A DNA stretch of 41,633 bases, taken from the NCBI GenBank assembly GCA_018057825.1, contig JAGPCY010000020.1, positions 1 to 41,633 on the forward strand, read 5' to 3'. The position numbers were made by a program, and so were the translations under genes. Below, piece after piece: positions 26,558 through 34,518 of the stretch (position 1 is its first letter; every line of letters begins with the position of its first letter). The notes under the pieces were generated by a model. It was not told where the DNA came from and ran no database searches. It saw only the letters and a list, made by a program, of their open reading frames with translations. Source of the stretch: Kofleriaceae bacterium (GTDB lineage Bacteria; Myxococcota_A; Polyangia; Haliangiales; Haliangiaceae).

Positions 26558-27490
26558 TCAGTCGGTGTCGCCGGGGTCGTGCTCAGCGACGTCGGTCTGG
26601 GCGACGCTGGCCGCGAGCGCCGAGGTCATGCGCTCGCGCAGGGTCTTGGGCCGCGGCTTGAACATAGCCTTGCTGCCGCGGCGGGCGGCGTCCTTGCCGG
26701 CGAGCAAGCCGTCGTGGACCGCGGCCAGGACCGCGGTGGTGCCCTCGCTGCCGCCGCCGTAGGCGCGGACGTAGTCCTTGGCCATGAGGTGATCGACGAC
26801 CGGGCCGAGCTGGTCGTCGAGGGCGCGCAGACCGTCGCGCCAGTCGGCGGTGTCGGGGAGGACGTCGATGATCGCGAGCTGATAGGACAGCTCCTTTGCG
26901 CGTCGACGGAAGCGATGGACTGCGCGGTCCGAGCGCTTCGAGCGCTTGCGCGCCGCGCGCGCGCGGCCGTAGGTCTTGGCGAAGCCGCGGGCCAGCCGGC
27001 GCGGGCGCAGCTCGTCGGGGAGCGCGGCCGTGAGGGCGTCGACGTGGCCGGCCGCGACCGCGACCGCGCGCTGGACGTCGTCGACGATGGTCTCGGGCGG
27101 GATGCGATCGGCGGCGGCGGTGGCGTCGATCGACTCGACCGCCGGGGTCAGCTCGTGGAGCGGCCCGAGGGTGGCCAGGAGCTCGCGGGCGACCCGCTGA
27201 TCGCGGGCCGGGCCGAGGGATCGGCGGGCCTCGGCCAGGCCGCGCTGGAGATCGACCCGATCGCGCTTGGGCAGCGTGCGGGCGACCAGATCGACCAGCG
27301 CGCGGAGCTGGCGCAGGGACTTGCGGACGGCGTGGACCGCAGCGTCGGGATCCTCGGCGGCGGTGGCGGCCGCGGTGCGGGCGTCGGTCAGGGCGGCGGC
27401 GGCGGCGCGCACGATCCGGGCCCGCAGCGAGTCGGCCGACGGCAGGTGGCCGAGCTGGTCAGGCTCGGGATACGACTCGGGACTGGACAT
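26558..27490 (-). CDS. CHAD (conserved histidine alpha-helical) domain protein
   Basis: Helical protein with AVHAVRKSLRQLRALVDLV and AVHRFRRRAKELSYQLAI (CHAD His/Arg helices). Start taken as the internal Met (MSSPESYPEPDQ) of track ORF 26558..27922; start position uncertain by 1-2 nt. Confidence 0.6.
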   Translation of the reverse strand: MSSPESYPEPDQLGHLPSADSLRARIVRAAAAALTDARTAAATAAEDPDAAVHAVRKSLRQLRALVDLVARTLPKRDRVDLQRGLAEARRSLGPARDQRVARELLATLGPLHELTPAVESIDATAAADRIPPETIVDDVQRAVAVAAGHVDALTAALPDELRPRRLARGFAKTYGRARAARKRSKRSDRAVHRFRRRAKELSYQLAIIDVLPDTADWRDGLRALDDQLGPVVDHLMAKDYVRAYGGGSEGTTAVLAAVHDGLLAGKDAARRGSKAMFKPRPKTLRERMTSALAASVAQTDVAEHDPGDTD

Positions 27491-27545
27491 GGCGCGACGA
27501 TAGCAAGCCGGCGCGCCGCGCGGGGACGGTCGGGGTATCGTCACC

Positions 27546-28436
27546 GTGATGTCACGCGACCGGTTCGATCCTGCGCCCAGCCCGTACCTCGTGCCGTTCG
27601 ACCGGCGGTTCGACGCCGCGGACGCCCCGACCAAGCCGCCCAAGGGCGGGCCCGACAAGAAGGACAACGTCGCCGCCCTCGAGCGCGCGGTCGAGCGGCT
27701 GGCCAAGCTGCAACAGCTCCTGTACGCCGACGACCGCTTCGCGCTCCTGATCGTGCTCCAGGCGATGGACGCCGCGGGCAAGGACGGGACCCTGCGCGCG
27801 GTGATGTCGGGCATCAACCCGGCTGGCTGCCAGGTGTTCTCGTTCAAGGCCCCGACCTCCGAGGAGCTCGACCACGACTTCCTGTGGCGCTGCCAGCGCG
27901 CGCTCCCCGAGCGCGGTCGCATCGGCGTGTGGAACCGCAGCCACTACGAGGAGGTGCTGGTGGTGCGGGTCAACCCCAAGTTCCTCGGCGGCCAGCGCTT
28001 GCCCTACGGCACCGACGATCTCCCGGCGTTGTGGCAGGAGCGTTACCAGTCGATCCGCGACTTCGAGCAGCACGCCGCGCGCAACGGCACGGTGATCGTC
28101 AAGTTCTGGTTGAACGTCTCCAAGGACGAGCAGCGCGACCGCATCCTCGAGCGCATCGACGATCCCGAGGCCCACTGGAAGTTCAACGCCGGCGATCTGG
28201 TCGAGCGCGGCAAGTGGGATCAGTACATGGCCGCGTACGGAGACGCGCTCACCGCGACCTCGCGGCCCCACGCGCCGTGGTACGCGATCCCGGCCGACTC
28301 CAAGTCGTTCATGCGCCGCGCCGTCGCCGAGATCCTGGTCGACACCCTCGAGCGCCTGCCCATGCGCTGGCCCGAGCTCAGCGCCGAAGATCGCGCCGAG
28401 ATGCTCGAGGTCCGCGCCAAGCTGGCCGCGGAGTAG
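27546..28436 (+). CDS. ppk2: Polyphosphate kinase 2 (PPK2) family protein
   Basis: PPK2 motifs LLIVLQAMDAAGKDGTLRAVMSGINPAGCQVFSFKAPTSEELDHDFLWRCQRALPERGRIGVWNRSHYEEV (Walker A-like GKDG, lid). Confidence 0.85.
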   Translation: MMSRDRFDPAPSPYLVPFDRRFDAADAPTKPPKGGPDKKDNVAALERAVERLAKLQQLLYADDRFALLIVLQAMDAAGKDGTLRAVMSGINPAGCQVFSFKAPTSEELDHDFLWRCQRALPERGRIGVWNRSHYEEVLVVRVNPKFLGGQRLPYGTDDLPALWQERYQSIRDFEQHAARNGTVIVKFWLNVSKDEQRDRILERIDDPEAHWKFNAGDLVERGKWDQYMAAYGDALTATSRPHAPWYAIPADSKSFMRRAVAEILVDTLERLPMRWPELSAEDRAEMLEVRAKLAAE

Positions 28437-28460
28437 GTCCAAAGCCTCTGGAAAGAAGCC

Positions 28461-29765
28461 TCAATGCCCGCCGGTGGCCGGGCCGGGGCGCTTGCCGGCC
28501 TCGCCGCTGCGCAGGAGCGCGATGCGCAGGGCGATGGGCGCGGTGAGCTCGTTGATCGCGACCACGCCGAGGACCAGGGCGAAGGCCTGATCGCCGAAGG
28601 CGGGGAAGGCGCGGCGGACCAGCTCGGCCAGGGCGAGGGCGAGGCCGGCCTGGGGCACCAGGCCGATCCAGGCTAGGCGACGCACGGTCGGATCGACGCC
28701 GGGGCCGCGGGTGCCGACCCGGCTGCCGGCGTAGAAGCTCGAGGCGCGGACGACGACGATGATCGCGACCGGGGCGGCGACCGCGGCGAGCGCGGCCAGG
28801 TCGAGCTTGGCGCCGGCCAGGGCGAAGAACACCAGGTACACCGGCAGCGACGCGGCCTCGAAGCCGTCCAGGAGCTTGTGGGCGTCGGCCTTCGAGACGT
28901 TCTCGAGCCAGATGCCGGCGGCCAGGGCGATCACCAGCGGATCGAGGTGGACGGCGATGCCGACCTCGGCCAGGACGAAGCACAACATCACCGCGAACAG
29001 GCCGACGCCGCGACCGACGTGCTGGATGAACAGGCCGAGGATGGCGCCGACGAAGATCCCGACCCCGAGCGAGCCGAAGATCTCCCAGGCGATCCGGCCG
29101 ATCGCGGCGCCGACGTTGACGTCGCCGCCGATCACCGCGGTCGCGATCGAGGAGGCCACGCCGTACATGATGATGACCGCCAGGTCGGCGACGATCACCA
29201 GCGCGAGCATGATCTTGGTGAGCACGCCGTCGGAGCGAGTCTCGCCGATCATGGCCATGACCACCGCCGGCGACTGCGCCGACAGCGCGACCGCCAGGGT
29301 CATGGCGACGACCGCGGCGTGGGCCAGGGGCAGCGTGTCGAGGAACGGCACCAGCGGGCGGATCGCGAGCAGGGTCAGGGTGAGCGCGGCCATCGTCCCG
29401 AACACCGCGAAGGCCGTGACCCGGCGGATCACCGCCATCATCGGGCGGATCTTCTTCAGGTTGAGCTCGGCGCCGGCGGTCAGCGCCAGGATCGCAGTGG
29501 TGATGCCGCTCACCAGCTTGAGCTGGCCGGTCATGTTCTTGTCGACCAGCTCGAGGACGTAGGGGCCGACGATGATGCCCGAGCCGATGTAGCCGGTGAG
29601 CTTGGGCAGCCCGACGCGGCTGACCAGCTTGCCGGTGAAGTACGCGGTGAGCAGCAAGAAGCCGAACGCCAGCTCGGTGCCGCCGGCCTGGAAGGTGCCG
29701 GGCGCGAAGCTGCGCGCCGCCTGCATCAGGCCGCCCAGGGCGGCGAGGACGAGGAGCGGGATCAT
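28461..29765 (-). CDS. Cation:proton antiporter (CPA family, Na+/H+ exchanger-like), about 12 TM
   Basis: Polytopic membrane protein with Na_H_exchanger-like composition. Its ATG overlaps the stop of the upstream antiporter gene (ATGA at 29762-29765). Confidence 0.8.
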   Translation of the reverse strand: MIPLLVLAALGGLMQAARSFAPGTFQAGGTELAFGFLLLTAYFTGKLVSRVGLPKLTGYIGSGIIVGPYVLELVDKNMTGQLKLVSGITTAILALTAGAELNLKKIRPMMAVIRRVTAFAVFGTMAALTLTLLAIRPLVPFLDTLPLAHAAVVAMTLAVALSAQSPAVVMAMIGETRSDGVLTKIMLALVIVADLAVIIMYGVASSIATAVIGGDVNVGAAIGRIAWEIFGSLGVGIFVGAILGLFIQHVGRGVGLFAVMLCFVLAEVGIAVHLDPLVIALAAGIWLENVSKADAHKLLDGFEAASLPVYLVFFALAGAKLDLAALAAVAAPVAIIVVVRASSFYAGSRVGTRGPGVDPTVRRLAWIGLVPQAGLALALAELVRRAFPAFGDQAFALVLGVVAINELTAPIALRIALLRSGEAGKRPGPATGGH

Positions 29766-31483
29766 CGCCGGTCGTCCTCGTCGAGGTCGTCGTGGTAGAC
29801 CGGGCCGGCGGCGGGGGCGTCATCGTCGTCGAGTTCGTCGACGGTCGGCGCGACGGCGGGGGTCTCGGCGGCGCTGGCGGTGGCCGCGCGCGGAGTCGGC
29901 GGCGCGGTGAGCTGGACCGCGACCTCGGTGAGGATCGCGCCGCCGATCACGACGGTGACCAGCCACGCGCTCGGCGAGCCGCCGGCCGAGCCCTGCAGCG
30001 ACACCACCAGGGCGATCGCCAGCGGCGACAGCGGCGAGACCAGGACCCGCTGGTCGGCGTAGCCGCGGGGCAAGAGCGCGCCGACCGTCGAGCGGGCGGC
30101 CGCCATGCCGGTCCACTTGCCGACCACCCGGGCGGCGACGAAGGCCGGCACGATCACCCAGGCCTTGGCCAGGCCGACGTCCCAGGCGGCGCCGGCGACG
30201 ATCAGGAACAAGAGGTGGATCGGACGCTCGAGGTGGTTGAGGATCTTGAAGATCGCCTCGCGCTGATCGCACGGGAAGTTGACCACGAGCGCGCCGGCGA
30301 TGAAGCACACGACGATCGGCGACAGGTACAGGTAACCGGCCAGGCCGGCGCCGAGGGCGACCGAGCCGAGGACGACGGCGAGGAACTCGCCCTCGCTCTG
30401 CGGCACCCGGACCATCGTGAAGATCAAGATGCCGACCGCGACCCCCAGGCCGATCGTGATGAACAGCCAGCCGGTGCCCGGCAGGGCCCAGCCGGCGGCG
30501 CCGCTCGGGCGGAAGTAGGCGGCGACGAACAAGAGGCCGACGACGCCGACGATCTCGTCGAGCTGCGACAGCAGGTGGTCGACGCCCCGGCCTTCGCGCC
30601 AGCGCGCCGCCGCGAAGCCGCGGAAGCGGCGCGGCGCGGTCATCGCCCCGGCGGCGCCGATCACGATGGCGTCGCGCCAGAACTCGGGGGCGCGCCAGTC
30701 GGCGAGGCCGAGCGCCGCGGCCAGGGCCGCGGTGGCGCCGGCGACCGCGAGGAACGGGCCGAGGGCCTCGACCACGACCAGGTAGCCGGTGCCGCGGGGG
30801 ACTCGATCGAGGACACGGACGTCGAGCTGGGCGCCGATGATGAAGCCGAGCCAGCCGAGCCCGAAGTGCAAGATCGGCTGCATGCGCTCGAGGACGTCGG
30901 TGGTGAGGATGCCGATGTCGGGCTGCCGGATGATCACCCCGAGGGCGACGAACGGAAAGCCGGCGGCGATGACGCCGCTGATGCCGAGGCGCTGCTCGAG
31001 GGCGACGACCTTGCGATGGCCGCCGAGGTAGGCGAGGGCGAAGATCGCGGTCAGGCCGAGGACCAGCCGCAGGACCACGCCGGTGGGGTTGCCGGTCGGC
31101 TTGGTCGGGGTTGGCGGAGCGGCGGCCGGGGGACCGGTGGTCGATGGTCCGGCGGCGGTGGCGGCGCTCGGAACGGCGGCGTCGCTCGGCGCGGCAACGG
31201 CGCTCGGAACGGCGGCGTCGCTCGGCGCGGCAACGGCGATCGGAACGGCGGCGTCGCTCGGCGCGGGGGCGTCGCTCGGAACGGCGGCGTCGCTCGGCGC
31301 GGCAACGGCGCTCGGAACGGCGGCGTCGCTCGGCGCAGCGGCGTCGCTCGGGGTCGCGACGTCGACCGACGAGCCGGCGTCATCGGCGCGCGCCGAGATC
31401 GGTCCGCGGAGCCCGAGGACGATCGCCAGCGCGATCACGACGAGCGCGGTGATGGCACCGAGGGGGCGGCGCGTCCGACGCAC
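29762..31483 (-). CDS. Cation:proton antiporter (CPA family) with a signal peptide and an N-terminal tandem 12-aa repeat region (AAPSDAAVPSAV)n
   Basis: GTG 31483. MRRTRRPLGAITALVVIALAIVLG signal/TM, then five PSDAAVP-type repeats, then a polytopic transporter core. Acidic C-terminal tail DELDDDDAPAAGPVYHDDLDEDD. Confidence 0.75.
   Translation of the reverse strand: MRRTRRPLGAITALVVIALAIVLGLRGPISARADDAGSSVDVATPSDAAAPSDAAVPSAVAAPSDAAVPSDAPAPSDAAVPIAVAAPSDAAVPSAVAAPSDAAVPSAATAAGPSTTGPPAAAPPTPTKPTGNPTGVVLRLVLGLTAIFALAYLGGHRKVVALEQRLGISGVIAAGFPFVALGVIIRQPDIGILTTDVLERMQPILHFGLGWLGFIIGAQLDVRVLDRVPRGTGYLVVVEALGPFLAVAGATAALAAALGLADWRAPEFWRDAIVIGAAGAMTAPRRFRGFAAARWREGRGVDHLLSQLDEIVGVVGLLFVAAYFRPSGAAGWALPGTGWLFITIGLGVAVGILIFTMVRVPQSEGEFLAVVLGSVALGAGLAGYLYLSPIVVCFIAGALVVNFPCDQREAIFKILNHLERPIHLLFLIVAGAAWDVGLAKAWVIVPAFVAARVVGKWTGMAAARSTVGALLPRGYADQRVLVSPLSPLAIALVVSLQGSAGGSPSAWLVTVVIGGAILTEVAVQLTAPPTPRAATASAAETPAVAPTVDELDDDDAPAAGPVYHDDLDEDDRR
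31163..31360. repeat. 36-bp tandem repeat (about 5 copies; unit gcgctcggaacggcggcgtcgctcggcgcggcaacg) inside the antiporter gene
   Basis: Directly visible periodic repetition; on the minus strand it encodes the AAPSDAAVPSAV repeats. Confidence 0.75.
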
Positions 31484-31506
31484 CGCGACACTCTAACCGA
31501 GTCGAG

Positions 31507-32094
31507 TCACCACGGACAGCGCTCGAGGGCCTCCATCGACGTCGCCGCGAGCACGCAGGTCTCGAAGGCGCGGCTCGGCACCTCGGTCTTGCAGCGCTCG
31601 ACCAGGCGGTCGCTCGGCGTCACGAGGTACGCGTCGACCGCGTTGGTGGCGCGCAGCTTCTCGGCGTGGGCCGCGATCTTCTTGCAGTCGCCGAGGCCGA
31701 GCGGGCGCGGGCACGCGGCCAGATCGCTGCGGCTCTTGGCGCGGATCAGGCACTCGCCGTCGTCCTTGGTCAGCCCGGCGGCGCCGCACTCGCGGCTGAC
31801 GTCGGCCGCGAACTGGGCGCGGACCTCGCGCGGGGCGTAGTTGTCGAGGAAGATCCCGCCCAGGGTCTCGGCCACCTTGGCGCAGTCGGCCGGCGGCGGG
31901 CGCACGCACAGCTCCGACAGGCACAGGAGGCCGACGTCGCAGGTGCGATCGCTGCGGCACGGTCCACGCTCGGTGCCGAGCGCGGCGGTCGGCGTCGGCG
32001 CCGGCGCGGTGCGCTTGCAGCCGGCGCCCACGAGCGCGACGGCGATGGCCGAGACCGCGGCCAGGGAAGGGACAGACGCGAAGGTGCGGGCCAT
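31507..32094 (-). CDS. Cys-rich secreted/lipoprotein-like protein (195 aa)
   Basis: AGGA 6 nt upstream of ATG 32094. MARTFASVPSLAAVSAIAVALVGAGCKR signal. About 12 Cys in the mature part (CRSDRTCDVGLLCLSELC...). Confidence 0.5.
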   Translation of the reverse strand: MARTFASVPSLAAVSAIAVALVGAGCKRTAPAPTPTAALGTERGPCRSDRTCDVGLLCLSELCVRPPPADCAKVAETLGGIFLDNYAPREVRAQFAADVSRECGAAGLTKDDGECLIRAKSRSDLAACPRPLGLGDCKKIAAHAEKLRATNAVDAYLVTPSDRLVERCKTEVPSRAFETCVLAATSMEALERCPW

Positions 32095-32177
32095 ACCTGA
32101 TCCTGTCACGGGAGGTGGCGCAGGTGTCGCGCCGACCGCCTCGACGTGGTCACGGCGGCACCCGGCGAGGACCGCGC

Positions 32178-32621
32178 TCAGTCCTCGAGGCGGGCCAGGG
32201 CCGCGGTGACCGCAGCGTCCTGCTCGCAGGTCATCGCGCCCTCGAAGAACGACTCGGCCGCGGTCTTGGCGCGGTCTTCGTTGGCCTCGATGTAGGCCTT
32301 GCCGCGGGCGTCGATCTCGGCGTCGTCCTTCCACTTGCCGGCCTCGGCCAGGGTCGCGGCGTGGCCGTCGATCACCGTGTTGATCGCCTTGGCCATCGCC
32401 GGACAGTCGCCCTTGTGCGTCTGCGTGGCCTTGGCGATCTGCTCGAACATCGCGAGCATGCCCTCGAACATCGCGTCCTGCTGGGCCTCGGTCGGGCGCG
32501 CCGACGGCGGCGGGTCGGCGGGCGGGGCCACGGTGGTCGGCGGCAGCGGCGCCGGCGCTTGCGGAGCGGGCTTGGAGCCACCACAGGCGGCGAGGAAGAC
32601 GAGGACGGCGAGCATGCGCAT
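32178..32621 (-). CDS. Two-cysteine helical lipoprotein, tandem paralog 1
   Basis: MRMLAVLVFLAACGG (lipobox LAAC), PA-rich linker, then GDCPAMAKAINTVIDGHAATL...AMTCEQDAAVTAALARL. Confidence 0.55.
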   Translation of the reverse strand: MRMLAVLVFLAACGGSKPAPQAPAPLPPTTVAPPADPPPSARPTEAQQDAMFEGMLAMFEQIAKATQTHKGDCPAMAKAINTVIDGHAATLAEAGKWKDDAEIDARGKAYIEANEDRAKTAAESFFEGAMTCEQDAAVTAALARLED

Positions 32622-32683
32622 GCCGTGAGCGTCGCACGGCGGGCGCGTCCCGGCCAGACGCGGTCGGGTGTCTCTCCCGCGCC

Positions 32684-33190
32684 TCAGGTGTCCCCGCTCA
32701 GGCGCGCCATCGCCTCGCGGAAGCGCGGCTCGCCGTCGCATCGCTGCGAGGCCTCGGCCAGCGGCATCGCGACCTTCATGAGCCGATCCATGTGCGTGTT
32801 CATCCAGGTGTTGATCCGCACCTCGAGATCGTCGTCGGCCTCGCGCGCCTTCATCTCGGCGAGGAACCCATCGTGGCGCGCGGTGACCGCCGCGAGGCCG
32901 TCGGCGGCGGCGCGGCAGTCGGTGCCGGCCGCGGTGATGGCGTCGCTGGCCTCGCTGAGGATGTCGATCAGGCGGTTCATCCGCGCGTCGAACTCGGCGT
33001 CGGTGAGCGGCGGCATGGCGGCGCTTCCCGAGGAGCCCTCGGCGGCGGGCGGCGCGGTCGCGGCCGGCGACGTGGGGGGCGGTGCGGTAGGCGGCGCGTT
33101 GGCCGGCGTGTTGGACGGCGCGACGGGCGCCGGCGACGACGAGCCACCGCAGGCGGCGGCGACGAGCACGAGGGCGAAGAGCGCGCGCAT
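32684..33190 (-). CDS. Two-cysteine helical lipoprotein, tandem paralog 2
   Basis: MRALFALVLVAAACGG lipobox, PA-rich linker, then TDCRAAADGLAAVTARHDGFL...ASQRCDGEPRFREAMARL. Confidence 0.55.
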   Translation of the reverse strand: MRALFALVLVAAACGGSSSPAPVAPSNTPANAPPTAPPPTSPAATAPPAAEGSSGSAAMPPLTDAEFDARMNRLIDILSEASDAITAAGTDCRAAADGLAAVTARHDGFLAEMKAREADDDLEVRINTWMNTHMDRLMKVAMPLAEASQRCDGEPRFREAMARLSGDT

Positions 33191-33347
33191 GGTCGTAGGT
33201 TCGCACGGCCGATCGGGCGGCGCCACGCCGCGCGCGATCCGGCGAGGTCGCCGCGCCGCGCGGCCCGAAAACGCCGACGCCCAGCCGCGACCGGAGTCGG
33301 AGCTGGGCGCTGGCGGAGCGACGGCGTCGGCCGTCGCCGGGTGCGGC

Positions 33348-33950
33348 CTACTGCAGGGCCGCCATCTTCTTCATCGCCTCGGCGAACTTGGGGTCGGTCG
33401 CGCACTTCTGGGTGGCCTCGGCGACCTTCATGCCCGGGCCCATCAGCTCACCCATGTGGTTCTGCATCCACTCCCCGGACTTCTTCTGCATCTCCGGGTT
33501 GTCCTTGTAGACCTTCATCTTCTCGATCAGGGCCGAGTTGTCGGCCAGGACCTTCTCCACGCTCCCGGCCAGCTTGCCGCAGTCGCCACCCGCGGCGTCG
33601 ACCGCCGAGGCCATCTGGCCGAGCATCCCGACGAGCTGCTTCATGGTCGCCTCCATCTCGGGGTCGGCCGGGGCGGTGCCAGCCGGGGCGGTGCCACCGG
33701 CGGCGGCCGAGCCAGCGGCCGGGTCGGCGGTGCCAGCGGCGGGGGCCTCGGTGCCAGCGGCGGGGGCGGCGGTGCCAGCGGCGGGGGCGGCGGTACCGGC
33801 GGCGGGGGCCTCGGTGCCAGCGGCGGGGGCGGCGGTGCCAGCGGCGGGCTTGGTCTCGGTCGGGGCCGGAGCGTTCTTCTTCTCCTCCTTCTTGCAGGCG
33901 GCGAAGGTGAACGAGGCGGCGAGCAGGGCGATGGCAGAGAGACGCTTCAT
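33348..33950 (-). CDS. Two-cysteine helical lipoprotein, tandem paralog 3 (with an AAGT-repeat linker)
   Basis: AGGAAG 9 nt upstream of ATG 33950. MKRLSAIALLAASFTFAAC lipobox. Linker (TAAPAAG/TEAPAAG)n. GDCGKLAGSVEKVLADNSAL...ATQKCATDPKFAEAMKKM. Confidence 0.6.
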   Translation of the reverse strand: MKRLSAIALLAASFTFAACKKEEKKNAPAPTETKPAAGTAAPAAGTEAPAAGTAAPAAGTAAPAAGTEAPAAGTADPAAGSAAAGGTAPAGTAPADPEMEATMKQLVGMLGQMASAVDAAGGDCGKLAGSVEKVLADNSALIEKMKVYKDNPEMQKKSGEWMQNHMGELMGPGMKVAEATQKCATDPKFAEAMKKMAALQ

Positions 33951-34083
33951 GGGATCGTGCTTCCTTTGGCGCGCGGTGCGCGGTGCGCGGTCTATCCCAT
34001 AGCGGACCACGGGCAGCAAGTAGAACAATGTCGTCGGGCAGTTACATTCGCCGCGGTGCGACGGCCGGACCGAGCGCGGGCGA

Positions 34084-34518
34084 TCACAAGGTCGGCATCC
34101 GCGCCATCGCCGCCACCACGCTCGCGTCATCGCGGCAGCGCACCAGCCCCGGCCCCATCGCCAGGACCAGGGGCTCGACCCGCTTGGCCCGCAGGTCCAT
34201 CGCGGCCTTCACCAGGCGTGCGCCTTCGGGGTCGTCTTCGACCGCGCGGGTCTGCTCGAACAGCGACGCGCTGCGATCGAACAGCGCGCCGAGCTGGCTG
34301 CCCATGACCTGGCAGTCCGAGGCGGTCGTGATCTGAGCCATCGTCGCGAGGACCTCGACCAGCGCGTCGGCCAGGGCGTCGGCGTAGTCGGCGTCGATGG
34401 TCGGCGCGGGCGCGGGCTCGGCGGGCGTGGTCGGGGCAGGGCGTCCGCCGCCGCCGCAGGCGAGGGCCGTCAGGCTGGTCGCGATCAGCGCGAGAGAGCT
34501 GAGGTTGGATCGCGTCAT
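34084..34518 (-). CDS. Two-cysteine helical lipoprotein, tandem paralog 4
   Basis: ATG 34518 overlaps the TGA of the upstream large lipoprotein gene (ATGA). MTRSNLSSLALIATSLTALACGG lipobox. SDCQVMGSQLGALFDRSASL...LVRCRDDASVVAAMARM. Confidence 0.6.
   Translation of the reverse strand: MTRSNLSSLALIATSLTALACGGGGRPAPTTPAEPAPAPTIDADYADALADALVEVLATMAQITTASDCQVMGSQLGALFDRSASLFEQTRAVEDDPEGARLVKAAMDLRAKRVEPLVLAMGPGLVRCRDDASVVAAMARMPTL

Noticed and set aside
26543-28546. 667-aa plus-strand ORF; also 27552..28442 minus
   Set aside because: Out of frame or antisense to the CHAD and PPK2 genes, both of which carry family motifs.
28378-31840. Long ORFs 28378..29823 (-), 28878..29798 (+), 29792..31840 (+), 31111..31452 (+)
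   Set aside because: Out of frame or antisense to the two CPA antiporter genes (hydrophobic polytopic proteins in the chosen frames). The rejected frames are Arg/Asp/Gly-rich.
33951-34083. Sigma54 (-24 GG / -12 GC) promoter in the AT-richer leader of lipoprotein paralog 3 and in the 36513-36584 divergent region
   Set aside because: Found TTGCT and TGG elements but in the wrong order or spacing (GG-N7-GC). No convincing match by eye. Left as a hypothesis needing a PWM scan.
32115-34307. 730-aa plus-strand ORF
   Set aside because: Antisense to the lipoprotein paralog array. The minus-strand genes have lipoboxes, RBSs and conserved paralogous motifs.
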